A stretch of 63,641 nucleotides of DNA, filler included. It is 8 parts of 8 records of this genome, joined end to end, with 100 filler letters (N's around TTAATTAATTAA, not from the genome) between each part and the next. Parts side by side here need not be neighbours in the genome. Positions count along the whole stretch, not along the records: positions 58,570 to 63,641 come from SRR31156797_36659; 7 more parts are not named here. The stretch is one strand, 5' to 3'. The translations under genes were made by a program, and so were the position numbers. Below, piece by piece: positions 58,570-63,641 of this stretch; the first letter of the stretch is position 1; each line of letters opens with the position of its first letter. Below the pieces are notes generated by a model, which was not told where the DNA came from, made no database searches, and saw only the letters and a program-made list of their open reading frames with translations.

Positions 58570-59521
58570 CGAATCCGGCAAGTTCGAGCTGGTCATGCAG
58601 TCCTGCTCGATTCCGGATGTGTTGAACCGCCTGAATACTCTTCTTGGTCCAACGGCAAAGGAAAAAGGAATCTCGTTGTCCATCCACCGCGAGGAAGCTT
58701 TGCCTGAAACCATCACGACAGATCCTGATCGCCTGTTTCAATGTCTTGTGAATCTTGTCAGCAACGGGATCAAGTTCACCAAGCGTGGGTTCGTGCATGT
58801 TATCGTATCTCAGCACCGCGTGGGCGAAGATGCGTATCTGCAATTTGCGGTTGAAGATTCGGGAATCGGTATTGCAAAACATAAGCAGAATACGATCTTC
58901 GATTCCTTCACCCAGGTGGACAGCAGCATGAATCGAAAGTACGGAGGCACAGGCCTGGGCCTTTCGATAACCCAGAAACTCGTTCATCTCCTGGGGGGGG
59001 ACATCCGGGTTGAGAGCAGTTCGGGCGTTGGATCGACCTTCACGTTCTCGGTTCCGATTGTCAGTAAGGCAGGGTGTTCTCCCAAAAAGGTGGTTGATCA
59101 GAATGTCTCAACAACTCGTTCTGCTTCCGGGGAATACTCAGGTGAAATTCTTGTTGTTGAAGATGATCCTGATAATCTCAAGCTGATCAACCTGGTGCTG
59201 TCCCGTTTCGGGGTTTCGATTACAGTCGCCAGGGATGGTCAGGAAGCAGTTGATACCTGTAAAGCGAAAACATATGACCTGGTTTTCATGGATATTCATA
59301 TGCCAGGCATGAATGGGTACGAGGCAACGCGAGCGATCCGCGAGATGGGGATGGATCTTCCGATCATTGCCCTGACGGCCAATGCCATGAGTGGGGATCG
59401 GGAACGATGCCTGGAAGCAGGATGCAGTGATTATATCCCCAAGCCGTTCAAGGCGGATCAGATCGAACAGGTTCTCTCGATGTACCTGGCGCCGGTCTCC
59501 GCAGATTCTACCAGCAAATAG
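58570..59521 (+). CDS. Hybrid histidine kinase, C-terminal HATPase + REC (5' truncated)
   Basis: NLVSNGIKFT, DSGIGI, YGGTGLGL, VFMDIHMP and DYIPKP. Confidence 0.92.
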
Positions 59522-59537
59522 CTTTTCTCCTCTGAAA

Positions 59538-60311
59538 TCAATCCAGCCCGAAGAAGTCGATCGTATTGCGGGTGGTTCTCTCCGCAAACGTATCGAATGA
59601 CTCCCCCCTGAGCTCAGCCAGGAATCGCGCCGTGTGAGCTACGTGGGCTGGTTCATTGGTGCGTTTGTTGCGAACCGGTTCCGGGCTCAGGTAGGGGCAA
59701 TCCGTTTCCAGCATGATCCAGTCAAGTGGATAGGTTTTTGCGATGGCGTGCAGATCCGTCGATTTGCGGAACGTCACGATTCCCGTGAATGATATCCGCC
59801 AGCCACGCTCGGCAAGGCGATCCGCTTCCGCCTGGGTGCCGGTGAAGCAGTGGAAGACTACGTTCTTGTTGTCGTAGCCGTACTCGGTGAGGATCGGGAT
59901 TGTGTCATCTACGGCTTCGCGGCAATGAATAACGAGGGGGAAATCTGTCGTGGCTGCAAACTCAAGCTGCTGGCAGAAGACGCGGTGCTGTGACTTCCGA
60001 TCGGAGAAGTCATAGTAGTAGTCCAGGCCGATTTCTCCGATGGCGACCATTTTGGGTTTGGATGCGAGCTGAGGGAGTTCAGCAAGTTCAGCTTCCGTAT
60101 ACTTTGCTGCACCATGCGGATGGTAGCCGATAGTTGCGTACACGTTGTCATATTGTGAAGCCAGGCTCAGGCCATCGCGAGAGCTGGCCGGGGATTCGCC
60201 GACCGTGATGATCTTCGATACACCTGCCTGGGCTGCCCGATCCAGAACACCATCGATGTCTTTGGATAAATCCGGAAACGTTAAATGTGCGTGTGAGTCA
60301 ATCAGTTCCAT
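59538..60311 (-). CDS. tatD: TatD family metal-dependent nuclease
   Basis: IDSHAH, GYHPH, AIGEIGLDY, IHCREA, FHCF and ETDCPYL. Confidence 0.95.
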   Translation of the reverse strand: MELIDSHAHLTFPDLSKDIDGVLDRAAQAGVSKIITVGESPASSRDGLSLASQYDNVYATIGYHPHGAAKYTEAELAELPQLASKPKMVAIGEIGLDYYYDFSDRKSQHRVFCQQLEFAATTDFPLVIHCREAVDDTIPILTEYGYDNKNVVFHCFTGTQAEADRLAERGWRISFTGIVTFRKSTDLHAIAKTYPLDWIMLETDCPYLSPEPVRNKRTNEPAHVAHTARFLAELRGESFDTFAERTTRNTIDFFGLD

Positions 60312-60433
60312 GACGGTAGTGTATCGTCGAGACCCCATCCTATGCAAACAGGCATGGGAGAGAAGTTAGAAGCAGAAGCAAAGGCGAGACCAGACGATGG
60401 CGTTTTCCGGGAAGCAATTGGGAAATCGGAAAG

Positions 60434-60465
60434 AAAAGGACCGAGACACTTGTCCCGGCCCTTTC
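60434..60465. terminator. Terminator-like hairpin after the GHL10 gene
   Basis: AAAGGACCGAGACAC-TT-GTCCCGGCCCTTT imperfect stem; the A-run on the left gives a U-tract on the minus strand. Confidence 0.55.
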
Positions 60466-60489
60466 ATTCTCATTGAATCGGATGGCTAC

Positions 60490-62823
60490 TTATCCATCGA
60501 AGCCAACCTGGAATGCTCCGAAGTCCGCGAGGTCGACATCGTCGTCGGAATCCATATCGAAGACTTCACATCCCGGGTCAACCGGACCGGCATCGGGACC
60601 TGTCATGCAGTTGCCGAACCAGGCAAAATCGTTAAGCGTGAGATCGCCGTCTCCATCCCAGTCGCCTGGATCCAGCGGACCCAGCGGAATGTCGAGCTGG
60701 TTCGTAATCCCCGGGATGACGGTCAACGTTCGAGTGCGGGAGGGGTACCCGGATTTCGAAGCCGTGACCTGGATTTCTGATCCTTCCTCCACTGCTGGGC
60801 AACGGGCAAAGACATACCAGCCGTTGCCATCGGTGTAGTCGGTCCCCTGGGGAACGCTCAGGGTGAGCGATACGTTATCGATGGGATTGCCGGTTGAGGC
60901 ATCGATGACTTTGCCGAACAAGACACCATCGGTAGCGGTTGTCGGGTCTCGCCAGTCCATGGTCGGTACATCGACCGGCTGGGTGGCATAGTTGGCTGCG
61001 ATGTAGGGATACCAGTCATACCAGGTGTTGCCATCATTGTTGGTTCCGCGATATGAATAAGTGCAGTATCCATCCGCGCCAGCGCCATCCGCATATTCGA
61101 TCTGGACGACACTGTCGTCGAAGGAGTTCATGTAGATGCCCGGACCGATGTAGGTGTGACGTCCATACTTCCAGGAAACACAATTATCTACCCATTGACG
61201 GTAGGTCGTTGAATAGGCGCCATCTTCGTCGAAGTATGCCATCGGGATGGTGGCATCGAGGTAGCCCATTTTTGCCCAGTCCTCCCAGTCGGAGTAGCAA
61301 TCGTAGTAGGGGCGAGTCTGGTGGAAGTCCACACTGGCGGGATACCAGGTGACCAGGGCCGACGTGAAGCGGATCTTGCGGTCTCCATCGTCGTACTGAG
61401 GTACTTCGAAGCGGCAGCGGCGTACGAGTTCACTGATCCCACGACGACGGAAGTCGTTCCAATCCGAGTTGCCGTCATAGGGAGGTGTTCCGGAGTAATT
61501 GTGGATTTCCTTGAATCGTTTCAGCGAAGACTTCGGCGTGCTCAAGTCAGCCGGGTAGCCTGCGTTACGCTGGGTGTATCGGATGTAATCCCAGTGGATG
61601 CCATCGATGTCGTAGTTTGCACAGAGTTCCTTAACGATGCTGATCAGGTAATCCTGTGTCAATGCATTGCCAGGGTCCAGCGTGTAATAGTTTCCGACTT
61701 TAGCTACCGATCCTGCGGAGGCCTGCGGTACCATGAGATAATCGTCAGTGACGATGGAGTTTCCAGTTGGGGGCCACGAACTGCTGACGCGGAATGCGAC
61801 GAGCCAGCAATGAACTTCAATTCCTTCCGCATGGCATCTTTCAACCATATATGCCAGCGGGTCGAAGCCGGCAGGATTGATGTCGGATGCGATGGGCAGG
61901 ATGTCTGAATCCCAGTAGGCACCATGACCATTGCCACCGGTATCCTGGTATGCCATGACTTCCGGGAGGATTGCGTTGAAGTTCCCCACCTTTGCCCGTG
62001 TGATCATGTCTTCGATGTCGGAGGCGGATTTGAAGCTGTCGTTGAATGCATTGACCCACATCGCGCGGAACTCGGAACCGTCGTAGGTGAGGTCATAGAA
62101 ATGCGCGATGACGGACTTCGATGCATCCATCGTGACGGTCGTGCTTGGGGATGTCGGGTTTGCGACTTCGCTTCCTGCCGTTACTTCCCAGTGAGAGAAC
62201 CCGTAGTTTTCACCCGGGAATGCTTCAATGGAAACCACTTCGCCTACGTCGTAGGTATAAGGTCCGCCAAATTCAGGAGCTGTTGTTCCCCAGCTGGGTG
62301 GGTGGCTCGCCATGTTCAGCTCCACCTCGGAGATGTCACCGGTAAACTGGACGGCATCCGCAATCACGACAGACGCAGTAGCATTGTTGCTCAGGACGAC
62401 CCTTCCAGAGGTTCCTGCCTGGAACGGAAACGACCCCAGGCTGACCCATTCGGATCCATTGGTTTCCTGGTTGATGTCGACGGTAGTAGAACCACCATCG
62501 TAATAGACTGTATAGGGAGCATCGGTTGCGCGGTTCGACCCTTGCGTGTACCAGACCGCAACTTCATACACTCCGCTCACTGGAATGTCCGGCCGGAATT
62601 CACAGGAACTGGCGGGTTCGCCAATGGCTGTCGTGAGGACGAACTGGTAACTGTTTCCCCAGTGTCCAGGCGTGGCATTTGTGTAAGTCCAGTCGCCACT
62701 GAGGACGCTGAATCCGGAATCGGCATCATCAACGATGACCACCTGGGCTGGGGCCAGGGTTGATGCAGCCAGGATACAGAACATGCTCAAAAGAACTCGG
62801 TTTCGAAGCAGACTCTTATTCAT
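60490..62823 (-). CDS. Secreted modular glycoside hydrolase-like 10 (DUF187) protein with golvesin/Xly-type beta domain, B-repeat, prealbumin-like domain and dockerin-like tail
   Basis: NRATDAPY..NQ..NGSEWVSLG.F..ADAV; EFRAMWV, FDPLA, GIEVHCW and DIDGIHWDYIRY; paired Dx(D/N)xDxD loops at the C-terminus. Confidence 0.85.
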   Translation of the reverse strand: MNKSLLRNRVLLSMFCILAASTLAPAQVVIVDDADSGFSVLSGDWTYTNATPGHWGNSYQFVLTTAIGEPASSCEFRPDIPVSGVYEVAVWYTQGSNRATDAPYTVYYDGGSTTVDINQETNGSEWVSLGSFPFQAGTSGRVVLSNNATASVVIADAVQFTGDISEVELNMASHPPSWGTTAPEFGGPYTYDVGEVVSIEAFPGENYGFSHWEVTAGSEVANPTSPSTTVTMDASKSVIAHFYDLTYDGSEFRAMWVNAFNDSFKSASDIEDMITRAKVGNFNAILPEVMAYQDTGGNGHGAYWDSDILPIASDINPAGFDPLAYMVERCHAEGIEVHCWLVAFRVSSSWPPTGNSIVTDDYLMVPQASAGSVAKVGNYYTLDPGNALTQDYLISIVKELCANYDIDGIHWDYIRYTQRNAGYPADLSTPKSSLKRFKEIHNYSGTPPYDGNSDWNDFRRRGISELVRRCRFEVPQYDDGDRKIRFTSALVTWYPASVDFHQTRPYYDCYSDWEDWAKMGYLDATIPMAYFDEDGAYSTTYRQWVDNCVSWKYGRHTYIGPGIYMNSFDDSVVQIEYADGAGADGYCTYSYRGTNNDGNTWYDWYPYIAANYATQPVDVPTMDWRDPTTATDGVLFGKVIDASTGNPIDNVSLTLSVPQGTDYTDGNGWYVFARCPAVEEGSEIQVTASKSGYPSRTRTLTVIPGITNQLDIPLGPLDPGDWDGDGDLTLNDFAWFGNCMTGPDAGPVDPGCEVFDMDSDDDVDLADFGAFQVGFDG

Positions 62824-63013
62824 GGATTACCCCCTGTGTAATGCGATGTCACCGTTTCGAAGCAGACCTCTCCTCCGACCGGTATTATCGTCAAATTCAG
62901 TATATCAATTTGGATATGCTTTTTCTATTTATTCGGACCTGGAATCCGTTTTCGAATGAAAAAAGGCCATGCGATCTATCGGCTTTGTCAATACAATTAG
63001 AGCTTTCAGGCGT

Positions 63014-63641
63014 TCAGGAGCCGGTACAGGCAGCAACCAGTATCGAAGCGTAGTACATCAGTTCGCCTAACGGAATGAAGAAGAAGCTGAGTGCCCCTGT
63101 ATACATCAGGCCAATGAGGATCAAAAAACTGTACGGGCGGATTGCTTCAAAGAGTTTCCCGATTGAGTTTGGGAACAGTCCTGTGATGATCCAGTGGCCA
63201 TCCAGAGGAGGGATCGGCAACAGGTTGAAAAAGGCGAGTCCGAGGTTAATCAGAATGGTCAGCTTCAGGATCTGAACAATTCCGGACAGGGGGGCACCGC
63301 CGGGAATTCCGCTGATTTCAACCCATGGACCCAGTGAAGAATAATAGTTTGCGTCAGCTCCGGGTGCCAGAAGATGCAGCAGGCATCCAATCAGAATTAA
63401 CAAGGTATATGCCAGAGCCGCCAGGAGAATATTCGCGCCTGGTCCTGATATCGCTGTGAGCATTCCGGCCCGATGAGGATCGGGCATAAGCTGTGTTCTG
63501 ACGGGAACGGGCTTGGCGTAACCGAAGATGGGTCCTCCCATGGATGCCAGGAGAAGAGGCAGGATGATTGTGCCGAACAGGTCGATGTGTGCGATAGGAT
63601 TCAGTGTGCATCTTCCCTGGCTTTGTGCGTAGTTGTCTCCA
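63014..63641 (-). CDS. Site-2 protease (M50) family protein, 5' truncated
   Basis: TLNPIAHID..GT, GYAKPVPV, SGPGAN and FNLLPIPPLDG. Confidence 0.92.
   Translation of the reverse strand, partial: GDNYAQSQGRCTLNPIAHIDLFGTIILPLLLASMGGPIFGYAKPVPVRTQLMPDPHRAGMLTAISGPGANILLAALAYTLLILIGCLLHLLAPGADANYYSSLGPWVEISGIPGGAPLSGIVQILKLTILINLGLAFFNLLPIPPLDGHWIITGLFPNSIGKLFEAIRPYSFLILIGLMYTGALSFFFIPLGELMYYASILVAACTGS

Overview
This window is not one locus. It is eight unrelated contig pieces joined by 100-nt artificial linkers (N-run + TTAATTAATTAA + N-run), so adjacency across linkers is meaningless. Taxon labels below are inferences from gene content and composition. (1) 1-11648, Desulfovibrionaceae-like: 3' end of tRNA-Leu(TAA); a ModA-like lipoprotein / hybrid PAS kinase / REC-HD-GYP module; yhdT-panF; phoU; a TPP riboswitch-controlled thiSGHFE operon; one secreted hypothetical. 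(2) 11749-22080, Enterococcus-like: glgBCDAP, a low-complexity hypothetical and a truncated surface protein. (3) 22181-30043, Clostridia-like: Tad/Flp pilus locus. (4) 30144-39157, deltaproteobacterial: decayed higBA, a CpxA/CpxR-like pair split by a DUF362-polyferredoxin operon with a perfect CpxR box, and a double hybrid kinase. (5) 39258-45881, Desulfobulbales-like: methyltransferase, sigma54-type DUF2202-DUF1104 operon, beta-helix transferase, CBS protein, frameshifted chrB, rubredoxin. (6) 45982-52624: glnA-glnE-[degenerate GlnE-like]-gltB. (7) 52725-58469: attC-like site, a DUF4062-NACHT-15xWD40 NLR-like gene coupled to a membrane/Zn-ribbon gene, then a degenerate 23S rRNA piece. (8) 58570-63641, Phycisphaerae-like: kinase end, tatD, a modular GHL10 hydrolase, M50 protease. 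The best candidates for something new are the NLR-like two-gene module, the pseudo-GlnE, the chrB -1 frameshift signal, and the oxyanion-binding-protein to c-di-GMP signalling module. All family assignments are by eye; no searches were run.
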